Notes under the pieces: generated by a model
What the model was told of the DNA's origin: nothing
The model's database searches: none
Seen by the model: the letters and a program-made list of their open reading frames with translations, nothing else
Position numbers and translations under genes: made by a program
Shown: piece by piece, positions 46,467 through 58,218 of the stretch
How positions within the stretch are numbered: position 1 is the stretch's first letter
Layout of the letters: each line of letters begins with the position of its first letter
NCBI GenBank assembly: GCA_001662655.1
Contig: KV460254.1
Length of the DNA: 64,000 nt
Reading direction: 5' to 3' (one strand)
DNA from: Pseudogymnoascus verrucosus
Taxonomy: Eukaryota

Positions 46467-47160
46467 GGTTGAGGTGTACAATTTTGCGGATTTAGTGAGG
46501 AGACTGCGGGCTGTGTCGGCGACGGTTTTCCATGACCTTATTGTTTGATTTAAGTACCTTTGCGGTATATGGGAGAGCCATGGATGATGCTTGGCATTAA
46601 TATCCCGATCCTTCGAGGCATACGCTATGGAGGCTCCATTAAGTAGTTTAGCAAATAACTGGGGTTGATCTAGGATAATACCCCGTACTACGCTCCTATA
46701 TATAGTATTTGTTCTCCTCATGATTACCGAAAGTGATAAGATCAGCTCCCCGTGGTATCTCGGCCAATTTACCCATGAACTCCAGCCGACTCACAATTAG
46801 GACCCCAACAACCATCGAGCCAAAAAATAGAATTCCGCCGTAGGCTACAACACCAAAAGCGCATCTTTAGACACCAAGAAACTTGCAATTTGCGCTATAT
46901 ACCACCTATTGGCTATCACATAGATTGAGAACGAAAGCCGACTGAATCTCAAACTTAAGGCATGGCAGACCGGAAGATCGTATCCACATCGCAGCATAAG
47001 GCTCAATCACGCCAGGCACATAATGATTTTATATCGAAGGCGGTAAAAAACATACAAAAGTGGGTATTATAGCCAGTAGTTACCACAAGGAATTCTCGGC
47101 CATCTAGTATTGCAACTCGTCCGCCAGAACTATCCACATCCTACATCATTGCCAACGTTC

Positions 47161-47562
47161 TTATAACATAGCCATGGCCGTCGAGAGACCAAGGCACAAC
47201 ACCACCAAACCACCCCAACTAGTTCTTCCCTGAACCGCTGCACTGCGAGTATCTGGCGTATCGCACGTCCAAAGATTGTTGTACTCGTCGTCGGTGTCGA
47301 TTCCCGGATGCTCGTCGTAAAATTTGTTCATGCACAGGTTCGCTACATCGACCTGTTGTGCAGTCGGGGCGTTGCAGAAGACCTTGCAGTTTGTTCCGGA
47401 GCCGTTGCCGCCTTGGGGGGCAAACGAGCGAATCTCTGGGCAGCAGGATTTCAGGGCGCCGGCTACTCTGGAGCCGGGTTTTCCATACAAGAAGCAGCCA
47501 GCTTCAAGTAGTTCGTGTCCGTCGACGGCGCCGTGGCAAGTGACCATAGTTTTGTTGGACAT
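47161..47562 (-). CDS. Small Cys-rich protein (133 aa) with GPI-signal-like hydrophobic C-terminus
   Basis: 8 Cys in the body including CC and C-x3-C; C-terminal SAA...WGGLVVLCLGLSTAMAML; ATG in AAAATG context. Confidence 0.7.
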   Translation of the reverse strand: MSNKTMVTCHGAVDGHELLEAGCFLYGKPGSRVAGALKSCCPEIRSFAPQGGNGSGTNCKVFCNAPTAQQVDVANLCMNKFYDEHPGIDTDDEYNNLWTCDTPDTRSAAVQGRTSWGGLVVLCLGLSTAMAML

Positions 47563-48509
47563 TTTTGTGGAATTTGTGAGGAGATTGTGGGTTGTAATGG
47601 CGAGGGGTGGGTTTTTTTCATGGGCTTACCGTTCGATATAAGTACGTTTGCAGCAAAATAGGAGGTTCATGGATGATGCTTGGGAATGCGTTATGATTGC
47701 CATAAGATATCTCGATAGAGGCATATCATTAGATTGACCGCTTCCTGAAGGATTCAGATAGTTGCGTGAGGTTGAAGCCAACCCCACACACAGTCTATAA
47801 ATAGGTATATAAGGGCCCATTTCCGCCCCCAACGATATCACGGCCGATTTAACCATGAATTCCTGCCGACTCACAATTACACCCCACGAAAAGGGAGAAT
47901 TTTGCGAACAACGCCCTACCATGGAAAATGCCAAGACAACTTTGCACAAGGCCCCTCGCACGAAACAAATTCTGAGCCACATCTGCTTTGTTGTCTGTTC
48001 TAACCCTGGTCTGAGTCTTCCATTTGCGATGAAAGAGATGGGCCACCGAAACGAGGCAGAGGCGATGGGCGCATTCATCAGCCCGCAAATATCACAAAGA
48101 AAACACTGTTTGCGGATTGGAATGCGGCCACCATAGATATTTGAAGTCGCAACTGAGGGCTCATTGGATTTTTGCTGCAATCATTCCACGGAACTAAAGG
48201 AAGGGTGACAGAAACCGTTAATTGAAGTCCTTGTGATGTTTGCATAGTGAAAAAGTGCCAGCTTTGCCGCATTGTAAGGAGACCACCAGTTTTGCAAACG
48301 TGAACCTTAATCACCTAACCATAACTCCAGTGTAGTTTCTTTGTCTCTTTGTCTTCGAGGGGGGTTATATTCCAGACATTTTTTCTTCATTATAGGAGAA
48401 ATCATCTTACTATATCCCACGAAAAAGACCTTCGGCATAACTTCTCAAAAAAAAATTAACTCTCATAAAACTATTGATTTGTTCCTACGTATACATCAAC
48501 GGATTCACG

Positions 48510-49440
48510 ATGGCTCTCTCATGGCTGGACCAAGAACTATGGAAAAGACGGGCCGACACACTCCTCTGCCACAACTGCGGCTGGAATATGAAACTTCAGG
48601 TTCGCACTGGATACGCTAGCACCGTCAAATGTTTTTTTGGGCAGGCAACGCGTGGCATGTGGTATATTGGGAGCGAATACGTTCTGAAAGAGTTACCTTT
48701 ATTGATTCTTTCGGAAATGACTACATTGGGACTGACTTTGCGACCACCAAATGGGTACGCGAAAATACGAAAATCCCTGTGGTTGAGGAGATGAAGTACT
48801 GGAAGGATGACAACAGCCACTTTTTCTTGATGAAAAGGGTGCCTGGTGAAAGTCTAGAGGATGCATGGCCACGGCTCAGCGGAGCCGAAAAAAAAAATTA
48901 CGCACGCGAAGTTATTGAATATATTGCAGAGCTTCGCAAGCACAAGGCACCATCACCACAGACGGTCGAAGGTGCCCCCGTACGCGACCAAATGCTCGGG
49001 TCTACGCACACCTCGGTGGTGGTTATCGAGGACAAAGAAACTTGGTGGGCACGTGTGGCAAAAGGTATTCGCAGAACGGATTCGGCATGGTTAGAGAAAT
49101 ACAGCCAACGCAATATGTGCTTACACACTGCGACTTAAACATAGGCAACATTATGGTACATGACGGACATGTCAGCGGCATCATTGATTGGGAGCATGCA
49201 GGGTATTTGCCTGATTGGTGGGAACATGCGTGTGCCTATAATTGGATTCAGGAGCCTCTGTGGCAGAGTCTCATATGCAAAGAGATGGAAAAACAACTCG
49301 AAACCGAATTTGGCAACTATCGTGATGCGGCGAGCTTTTGTTGCACCTTCAGTAGCATACATACAAAGCCCCCTAGGGATACTGAGCGACGCAAATTTGA
49401 AGACAGAGGGAACTTTTGCGACTGTAAGCCAGATTTTTAA
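48510..49440 (+). pseudogene. APH/choline-kinase-like phosphotransferase with two frameshifts
   Basis: WYIGSEYVLKE (frame 1), TKIPV...FLMKRVPGESLEDAWPRL (frame 2), VLTHCDLNIGNIMVHDGHVSGIIDWEHAGYLP.WWE (frame 3); no intron signals at the shifts. Confidence 0.8.
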
Positions 49441-49609
49441 GTGGAATAAATCGTTGCGTTTTGTTGGGTTGGGTCTTCGTTTGCAATTTCACTATTCTAT
49501 GTACTCGCTTGGTTTTGTTGAATTGGGTCTCTGTTTGCAATTTCACTATTCTTTGTACTCTTTCAATTAGGGATCGCATTTATTGAATGTTTCATTAAAT
49601 AGCAGCATT

Positions 49610-49895
49610 ATGCTCCCCAACGTGCTCCTGAACGTGCGCCTGGACGTGCTCCAGCTGATATCTCATAGCCCTATGCGTCTCAACGTGCCCCCGAACACCT
49701 CCCTCCAACCAACGTGCTCCTGAACGTGCGCCTGAATATGCTCCTGAACGTGCTCCAGCTGATATCTCATAACCCTATGCCTCTCAACGTGCTCCCGGAC
49801 ATACCCCCAAACGTCCCCCCCAAAATGACCCCCAACGTGCCCCTGAACGTGCTCCTGAACGTGCGTCTGAATGCGCTCCATCTGATATCTCATAA
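49610..49895. repeat. Nested 12-bp (AACGTGCTCCTG-like) repeat with recurring CTGATATCTCATA; reads as HVQE repeats on the minus strand
   Basis: AACGTGC recurs about a dozen times; CTGATATCTCATA at ~49655, 49759 and 49882. Confidence 0.8.
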
Positions 49896-50375
49896 CCGTA
49901 CTCCCATCATCCCACGATAAATGGCCTTTGTTCCGCCTTTGCCGGGCCTGTAATGTGATCCACTCAACTCCCAGTAGACCATGACACCTTCAACGCCGTT
50001 GCAATATCACGTTGCCTTAGCCCCCAACACAGTTACTGTCGTAGGGCGAGACCTCCCAGATCGATCGGCGGCTATATTTAACTATGAGGCGTTCGAGGTT
50101 GACACGTTGACCTTGCCTCTACCATCGATGATTAAAAGCACCTCGACACCATGCACCCTGAACTCCCCTATGGTGGACTAGCCCCTTTGGTCTTTATTGT
50201 CTTCGTGGATCCATAACTGCACCAGAGGTTGGTAATAAATAGAGGATATATCGGCGATAGAGTCTCGAGTGAGCCGTATTAGTTCTCTTCTAGGGCCCGT
50301 CGGGATAAGTGCCAAACAATGAGAACATTCGCCCACCCCAGTTGGATTGCCCCTGTTGCAAAAGAAGCAAGGCAT
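49890..50375 (-). pseudogene. Decayed gene with N-terminal CxxC-x10-CxxC zinc ribbon
   Basis: MPCFFCNRGNPTGVGECSHC...; the protein-like frame continues past isolated TAG/TAG/TGA stops towards the HVQE repeat. Confidence 0.45.
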
Positions 50376-51764
50376 TTCTAGTTTAGAATGTATGTTAGCA
50401 GAAAATTCGAATGGTTCATGCAGGAGAACGAAGAGAGAATTAATTATAATAAGGATTACTCACCGTATATCTTTTTGTTGTTGTGTTTGATCCCAATGAT
50501 TTTTTTGAAGACACCCCGTTGCTTGGCCTCTTGGTTGTTGGTTCTTCAGTCAGCAGTCTTAGGATGGAATGATCTTGGACGTGTGTTGAATGAAAACAGA
50601 ATATACATCCTTCAACAGAAATCCGGACATTATATACTGATTTTAGAAAGTTCTTCTCGAACGGTGGAGAAGGATGGTGACGTTGACTGGCATATGCAGA
50701 AACAAGAGATAAATGATATTACACCACAACTGAGACGGTGCCTAAAGTAATAAAACATCTAGAACCAAAAGTCTATAAGAGATAGATCTGGGGAAAGAAA
50801 GATTCGACCAGAATCGTGCTTGCTGATTCGCCGTAAAATAGTATCTGTTGGTGGTTACCAGCGTAGCTGAGAACAAGAAAAGCAACCCCAACCTTACTTT
50901 ATGTATCTCAGGGCAGAGTGGAGAGTCACATGTAGACTTAACTCACTCTCCACGCCGCAACATAACAACCAACCACTAGACATTGACTTTATATCCAAAA
51001 GATCAATAAAGAACATATAAAAGGGGGTATTCGCTGGTGAGTCTCGTATTGAGAAGCGATGTATGTGATGGACCGCGACTTTGGATGGCCATGATATAGG
51101 TGAGCGAATGGTGAGCGAGTGATCGAGGGTGAGCAAGCTCATTCATTCAAGGCCAACTCCTCCATCCTCAAAACCACTTTTCGCCAAGCAGAGACAATCT
51201 GCATCACGATATCTTCTCAACGCCACCCGAACCCTATCTCAACTTACGTACAAACCTGAGTTCTCGGATTATATAACCGGGTAATTCCGGCCTAACTCTA
51301 GATTATGGAACTTGTCTCTTGGCGGGGAGGGCCAAGCAATACAGTGAGCAGATTATCGTTGCCTTCGTACCGCATGACTGGCTGGGATCGGCTTTTAATA
51401 GGAGTTGGGTACCGGTACGCCCCTCCCGGAAACTAAAATTGGAGTCGAAACTTTTAAGGGAGAAGTATTAAGGTAAGGCTAACCCCGCGTTTTTCTTTCA
51501 TACCGTGGTCCTCAAACAGTTTATTTTTTTCAGAATTTAGATTTTTTTAAGAAAATCTGGGGGATGTATTGCGCTTTGTGGTCTAAATCGAGAGCGGTGT
51601 GATCGGTGAGTGAACTGACGTCCATCTGATACTGCCAAGTCGCTCGCATAGGTGTAAATAGCCAAACGTGACACCTACTTACAAAATAATTTATTCTAAC
51701 TTATCAACGGATCAGATACACAATACACGCTCATTATTCACTGTTGACTATCTATTAATTTAAT

Positions 51765-53180
51765 ATGGGGTCTTCACTAATGAAGAGAATGCTTGTCGCG
51801 CGCCAAGTAGCCACCGATGCGAAGCCATCGTGTGGGAGGGCTGTCAATGGGGAAGACTATAACCTCAACCTCCACATTGCCGCTGTTTTCATCATCCTCT
51901 TCGTGTCATCAACAGCTTGCGCCTTCCCTCTCATTGTGGTAAAAGCACCCCGCCTCCGCATCCCACCCACCTTCCTCTTCGTCGTGCGTCATTTTGGAAC
52001 GGGTGTCCTAATCGCTACTGCGTTCGTGCATTTGTTGCCCACGGCGTTTATTTCCCTCACTGATCCCTGCCTGCCCGATTTCTGGAATAAGGATTATCCT
52101 GCTATGGCGGGGGCGTTGGCTCTTGCTGCGGTGTTCATGATTGCTGTGGTGGAGATGGTGTTTAGTCCGGGGAAGAATGGGTGTGCAATGCCGGCGGGAA
52201 TGATGGAGGAGAGTATCGGGGGCGGGCATAGGAATGAGAATACGAAAGAGGGCTCTAGTGTCGGGAATCAGGAGGGAGAAAGGCGTAGGTGTTTTTTTTT
52301 TGTTTGTTCTGTTCTAGCCCATAGGAGGAAAAGAGTAGAAGGGAAGGATATAGACACGTAGCTGACAGTGAAACAGGACCAGAACAGGGGCTCATCCACG
52401 GCCGAAATAATAGCACAGGAAGGGAGCTCCAGAGAATCACGAAAAGCAGTGCAGCTTTCGATGCGGGGGAGCGCAATACACTCCCTCAAGCTAAAGAGGA
52501 GTCTGAAAAATATGTAGCTTCATCATCTGCGAATGGAACAGCAATCACGCCCATCGAGATACAAAATCACAAGAAAGCACTAATGCAGTGTGTGCTGTTA
52601 GAGATGGGGATTCTATTCCACAGTGTGTTTATTGGCATGGCACTCAGTGTTGCTGTTGGGAACGATTTTATCGTGCTTTTAATTGCAATTACTTTCCATC
52701 GTAAGTTTCCACATCTTCCCAACCCCACATGGTGTGAATCTTCCCGGAACTAATGACCTGTGAACAGAAACATTTGAAGGTCTCGCACTTGGGTCACGAA
52801 TTGCGGTCCTAAGTTGGAAAAGACATGCTTTCCAACCTTGGCTTATGGCGCTCGCCTACGGCTGCACGTACGCTCTCACTTCCCTCCCTTCTCCCCCTTT
52901 ACCCTACTAACACGCCCTTAGAACGCCAATAGGCCAGGCCATAGGTCTAGCAACACGCACCCTCTATGCACCCGGCTCACAAGTTGGCCTCCTTATGGTC
53001 GGGATTATGAATGCTATTTCATCTGGATTGTTGACGTTTACGAGTTTAGTGGATTTGATGAGCGAGGATTTCTTGAGTGATGAGAGTTGGACAGTTTTAA
53101 GGGGGAGGAGGAGGGTTTGGGCTTGTTTGCTGGTTTTTGCGGGAGCATTTGGGATGAGTTTGATTGGTGCTTGGGCTTGA
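51765..53180 (+). CDS. ZIP-family zinc/iron transporter; introns ~52285-52376, 52700-52767, 52867-52921
   Basis: YNLNLHIAAVFII, RHFGTGVLIATAFVHLLP, LLEMGILFHSVFIG, FHQTFEGLALG, NAISSGLL, MSLIGAWA. Confidence 0.92.
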
Positions 53181-53522
53181 GGTGACGTGGATGCAAAAAT
53201 GGGAAAGTGAGAATAATCAATGGGGTTGGAATGTGACCCAACAAACCTGCATACGGCTTGAAGAGCCCGTCGCCTGTGGATTGCATTCGCTGCTGTGAAT
53301 CCTTCGCCCACGTTGTTAGCTAATTCTGAGGCAATGTAAGTATATTATGGAGGCTCCTAACTAAGTCTATTACAACAACCGGCTCGCTTTAAAACAAAAG
53401 AAAGTGATTTATAAGTCATCATAGAGCCGCCTTGCCCTAGCAGAATATTAGAATCAGCGCACACTAACCCCGAACTCAATGGCAAACCTAGTTCTAAAGG
53501 CTATGCACATATTCGTGCTCTT

Positions 53523-54821
53523 TCACTGCCCTTTCTTTTCCGCAATGATCCGATAGCTCGTACTAACCAACCTCTGCGTATCCATCTCTACGAACGCCTC
53601 ACCGTCCAAACACAACCTATCCATTAACGTTCTCAAATGCGCCGGCAGCACCTTAACGCCAACCAATCCCTTAATCAACGCCCTCGCGGTGCGAAAGTAT
53701 CCATCCTCCTTGGCAATCAGTGGCGCCTGCAGCCCACCGACGCTCGCATTATCCGACTTCCGCACTGCGAATCCCACCTCCATCAGGGCTGTGGCTAGTG
53801 TTTCTGGTGTCGGTGTCCCAACCGCACCAATGAGTGGTTTTACTCGGCGCATCAGTTCCTCGTGATGAGGATTGGTTGGGTCGTAGTCTGGAAGCGATAC
53901 CCAGTCCAGGATGGAGAATTTGGCGCCGGGCTTGAGGACTCGGTGCAGTTCGCTAAAGAGAGCGGGGAGGTCTTTGCATAAGCTAAGAGCCTGGATCTCG
54001 TAGCATGCATCGAAGGTATCGTCTGCGAAAGGGAGAGGCAGATTGTTAAAGTCTGCTTCTACAAATGTGTTCTCCAGCCGACGCTCCTCGTTGTATGTTC
54101 TGGCCTGGGCGATCTGATTCGGATCGATGTTGACGCCTGTTAGTTTTGCGCCAGAAAAGGTGGCCATGTGAGCCGCAACTCTGCCACGGCCGCAGCCTAT
54201 ATCCAAGGCCTTGTCTCCAGGCTTGAGGTTGATATCCCGCGCCACCGACTCCTCGTATAAGAGCTGATTGTCAAGTACCGACACATGGATGTCGATAAGA
54301 GGTGGGATGTACATCTTCTCCACATTGCCAAGGGCGCATAGGTGGTTGAGGACGCCATAGTAGGAACGCAGGCAGCTGCCGACTTTTTCAACGTAATCGG
54401 GACCAAGCGCCTGTATCATCTGCCCCTCATCTGCCCAGTCGAGACTGTATATAACGTATGACGCTAAGTAGTTGGAGACCTGCTCGGGGGTGAGGTTGTA
54501 GAGGTATCGAAAAGATGTGCATATGGTTCGTAGGCGGCTGGTCGATGCCGACCGATGCTTGTCTGCTTTTGCTCGCCCATCCTTTCTAAGAAACTTCGCC
54601 TTCGCCTTCATTCGCGGCGCGGGAGACTGTAGGGCCGCCATGCCGAGGTTTCCTTTTTCGAGATTTCCATTTTCGAGATCGCTGAGGCTGTAAGAGGAGC
54701 TGGTTTGGGATGCAGCTTGGCCGGGATGGCTGAGTCTGTGAGGGTGTGTGTGAGTGTCGGTGTGAGTGTGAGCGTGAATGTCCGTCATTCTTGGGAATTC
54801 ACGAGGTAAGCAGTAAGTCAT
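53523..54821 (-). CDS. SAM-dependent methyltransferase, divergent sterol 24-C-methyltransferase-like; intronless
   Basis: ALDIGCGRG motif I, LTGVNID..QI, LPLPFADDTFDACYEIQA, ELHRVLKPGAKF..LDWV...YDP.NP.H. Confidence 0.85.
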   Translation of the reverse strand: MTYCLPREFPRMTDIHAHTHTDTHTHPHRLSHPGQAASQTSSSYSLSDLENGNLEKGNLGMAALQSPAPRMKAKAKFLRKDGRAKADKHRSASTSRLRTICTSFRYLYNLTPEQVSNYLASYVIYSLDWADEGQMIQALGPDYVEKVGSCLRSYYGVLNHLCALGNVEKMYIPPLIDIHVSVLDNQLLYEESVARDINLKPGDKALDIGCGRGRVAAHMATFSGAKLTGVNIDPNQIAQARTYNEERRLENTFVEADFNNLPLPFADDTFDACYEIQALSLCKDLPALFSELHRVLKPGAKFSILDWVSLPDYDPTNPHHEELMRRVKPLIGAVGTPTPETLATALMEVGFAVRKSDNASVGGLQAPLIAKEDGYFRTARALIKGLVGVKVLPAHLRTLMDRLCLDGEAFVEMDTQRLVSTSYRIIAEKKGQ

Positions 54822-55539
54822 GAGGTAACCTTGCCGTATTAGATGTTCAAATGTATATTATATTAGTGTTCTCTATAGAGATATTCACATCATGGTGCGC
54901 CATCTTCCCTTTAAGTGCTTATGGGCTGTGGCAAACCCGGCGCAGTAAACTCAACGTCCGGACGCTAGATTCAGCGTGGCATGCTAATGATCCCATGATG
55001 TTTGGATTGAAACGGAGAATTTGAAGTTCTAAATTTTAAAGTTGTTCTTACACCGGATGCTTCGGAGGCGGCTGTCGCGGAACGAAGTTCGGGGGCGTAT
55101 GATTGGTTGATTTATTCATACTCGGTTCAAGCGGCCCAGCTGGCTCGCATTGGGGACCAAGTCATATATCGCGAAAAGTAAATACTAAGAGAAAATCCTC
55201 GACTGACATTCCAACTCATCCGATCAAGTCGGGCCTCAGCCGGTTCGTAGTCAAAAAGTCGTCCCCACACAATATCCACTTAACAAGTGCGTCCGTAGTA
55301 TGTAAGGATCCTCGGGTGAACAGTGTAGTTTGGAAGTCACGTTTATGGGCTATTGGCTATTACATAGAATCCTCTTGTATTACGAAGACTGAACGCTGAT
55401 CCTCCTCCGGAGGTCCGCGTTCCTATTATATACTCTTCCGGGCAGGCTCGGAGTGAATGGAGTGAAGACCCTCTGTCTTACCACTACAACGCACATAATT
55501 GCCTAGTCCACGTGACGCTGCTGTGGCAATTATCCCCTA

Positions 55540-55743
55540 GCTCACCCAGCCCACCCTGGTCATCCCTCGCCTCACCCTTCTGGCGGCAATGGGCTGCGAT
55601 TCTACGCTATGCCTATTGGCACGATTAAGACTATAATCTGGAGAATACGCAAGCTTGTGTATCACAGAGCGGACGGGATGCCCAATTCTCTTGAGTCTAT
55701 GGTCATATGTAATGTGATGTGGATTGTTAAGCATTATATATAG
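55540..55743. mobile_element. Unclassified short dispersed element, copy 1
   Basis: ~200 bp highly similar to 61464-61693 and 56195-56376, same orientation. Confidence 0.6.
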
Positions 55744-55991
55744 AAACCAGGCTTTAGTTCCGTCATAAAATCTCGAAGAGAACCATAGTCCGTGTTGGTC
55801 TTCTGCCTCAATGAAATCGCGATTGATTCTAATACGCCGATGACATCCGTTGGGCAGTTGACTTCTTCAACCACAAGTGCTTTGAACAACTCCCAGAATG
55901 GCACATGCAACACGTCTGAATCGAGGATAGAGAAGCGGTCCTCGCACAGGACTTGTGGGGAACATGGCAGGATGTAGCGATCCTCCATCAT
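55734..55991 (-). pseudogene. Truncated N-terminal gene fragment resembling fungal poly(ADP-ribose) glycohydrolase
   Basis: YILP.S....CEDRFSIL...VPFW...LESIAISLR....DYGSLR resembles fungal PARG N-termini from recall; the ORF ends at the edge of repeat copy 1. Confidence 0.45.
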
Positions 55992-56194
55992 GACTGAACT
56001 GCAGCGAAAAATCCGAGGCGATTGACAACCAAGGGGCGAGGGTAAATACTGTATCCGCCCGTCAGTACTCTAGTGCTGTATTTGTTGGGAATTCGGGGGA
56101 AATTAAGGTGAGGACTATGGGATTCCGGATTTATAGCTTGGCTTAGCGAAAATCCCCCGGCAATCCCACGGGCTCCCGTACGCCACGACCGGCG

Positions 56195-56376
56195 CACCCA
56201 GCTCACCCTACTCATCCCTCTCACTTAACGTAGGTGGCCTGACACCTCACCCACGTTCACCCCTCGTCTCACCCTTCAAGCGGCAAGGACCGCGATTTCG
56301 CGCTATGTCTATTGGCACGATTGAGACTATTATCCTGAGGATACGCAAGCTTGTGTATGGCAGAGCGGACAGGATG
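56195..56376. mobile_element. Unclassified short dispersed element, copy 2 (truncated on the right)
   Basis: CTCACCC repeats followed by GCGGCAA...CGCTATG.CTATTGGCACGATTGAGACTATTATCC...CAAGCTTGTGTATGGCAGAGCGGAC.GGATG. Confidence 0.6.
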
Positions 56377-56963
56377 GTCTAATCTACATGTCAGATTTCA
56401 TTTCAGCCTGTCAAACAACAAAATGACCTCTCGGCGAGTTCGGCGCAGGTCATCTATAAGTACTTAGGTTAAAATGTTCTATTTAGTGTAAAGGGTTGTG
56501 TAGTACAAAGAGATGCTAGTGTTATAAGGAAGTAAACGGATATAGTGTATACTACTATTCCTGCTTGGTTAGCTACCTTTGTTGTCGTTGTCCCGTATTG
56601 CATCTCTACTCGATATAAGCCTTGCCTAGGATCATACTCTGCTCCCAGATATCTACTCGTGGATATCCCTCCGTACGAGCGAAGCTCATGGCCGGTTCTG
56701 GCGATTAGTGGAGCATAGAATAGTACGACTAACTTATAGCAGTGTAGTATGACGCTAGAAAGCGCCACCACTGTACCCCGCACGCTACCACTGAAGATCC
56801 CTTCCTACTAGTTTCTATATAGTAGTTAGCGACCTCCCCCCCACAAACTATACCATTAAGCATTGCCTAGGACCATACTCTGGTCCCGGATATCTACTCG
56901 CGGATATCGCGACCTACCCATGTCTACTACCTCCTACAGAACGCATGCCAGATACTATTCCAA

Positions 56964-58218
56964 ATGGCGTCTCTTATTACACCACCACCAATGAACACAA
57001 CGGACCAAATCTACTTCGAAACGAGTTGGGCGATACTAAGCACCATTGGATTAATGAATGTATTATACGGAAGTCTCGTGGTTGGAATAACAAACATTTC
57101 GCCTATCACTGTTGTTCCTATTATTGTATCGATAGCCTGCGCAGTTGCAAATGGAATGTGTTACTATTCATTCTATGGTGACTATCAGCGAATACCAAGC
57201 CTTGCGGCTGGAATAGTTGCAGATGTGATGTGGTTGGTAAGTACAGATTCAGATGTTGTGCTACGTAAATTCCTCGAACTCAATCGTCTACAGATCCAAG
57301 AGGCTGGGTTGTCTTTTTACAGTTACCAAATACTAGATAAAATATTACAACATCGCGACAGAAGAGTTTTTCTGGCATGCTTTTGGTCTATTATGGCTGC
57401 CATTGTGCTCATTCGAGCGAGTATCTTGGTAACTCGTGCACTCGACAACTTTCACAAGTCCTCATCGATGCAAAAACTTACCAGCGATTTACACATTGGA
57501 TATTTCATTGCTATCGCTCTTGTGGAGTGCGTCAGCTCAGTATTCTTGCTGCGTGTATTTGCTGCTGCGAAAGAATCTGCCGTGGCCTTCACTTCGGCAA
57601 CAAGCCTATTCCGTCATTTGACTCGCAGTACTGAAATTAGGCTTGCCTCTTTGTCTTTGATTGGCCTTACGAGGGCTGTCACGTACAGCTTCCAAAATTC
57701 GGCACAGAAAGCTACCAGTGTTGCGAGCCAGGTCGACAGATTTGTATACACTCTTGAATGTCTATTTCCTGTGCTGCTTATGTGAGTCAACATGTGGTTA
57801 TTTGAGAATTTCCCTTCAGTAATGCTGACACGAATGTAGGATTGATATATTGGGTTCAAGGCTTGTTGCAGCAGAGCAAACGTTTGAAACCTTCCCAACT
57901 CAAGACAGTCGACAGATCGCCAGAAGACAACACGGCAGTGCCGAAGACAACACCTCAGTACCGAACAGCGATAACACCAAAGCACTGACTTCGCAGTCAT
58001 TTTTCGAAAGACGCAAGCTGAGTAGTAGTAGCAATTCCTCCAAGGTACCGTTGCATATTCTATCAAGCGTTAAGAGAGTCAGAACTGCCAATAGCCAAGC
58101 GAGTGGTTCACAAGAGCAGTGCCCAGATATTCTGCAAAGACCAAAGAATATTGGTATTGCGGTTAGTGTGAATAGACCTGCTGAGTTTGAGGACATCGAG
58201 ATCCATGAGTGGAAGTAA
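56964..58218 (+). CDS. Multi-pass (about 7 TM) membrane protein of unknown function with polar C-terminal tail; introns ~57237-57293 and 57782-57839
   Basis: Serial hydrophobic segments, IQEAGLSFYSYQIL, LHIGYF; GT-AG introns restore the frame into 57850-58218. Confidence 0.75.

Noticed and set aside
51150..51764. ZafA/Zap1 zinc-response elements upstream of the ZIP gene
   Set aside because: No clear CARGGT core seen, only a near match (TAAGGT)
52285..52376. Apparent stop or frameshift in the ZIP transporter
   Set aside because: Explained by an intron (GTAGGT...GCTGAC...CAG) that restores the frame
42038..54821. Secondary-metabolite cluster (P450, kinase, methyltransferase, transporter)
   Set aside because: No PKS, NRPS, terpene synthase or DMATS backbone gene; genes are separated by unrelated loci
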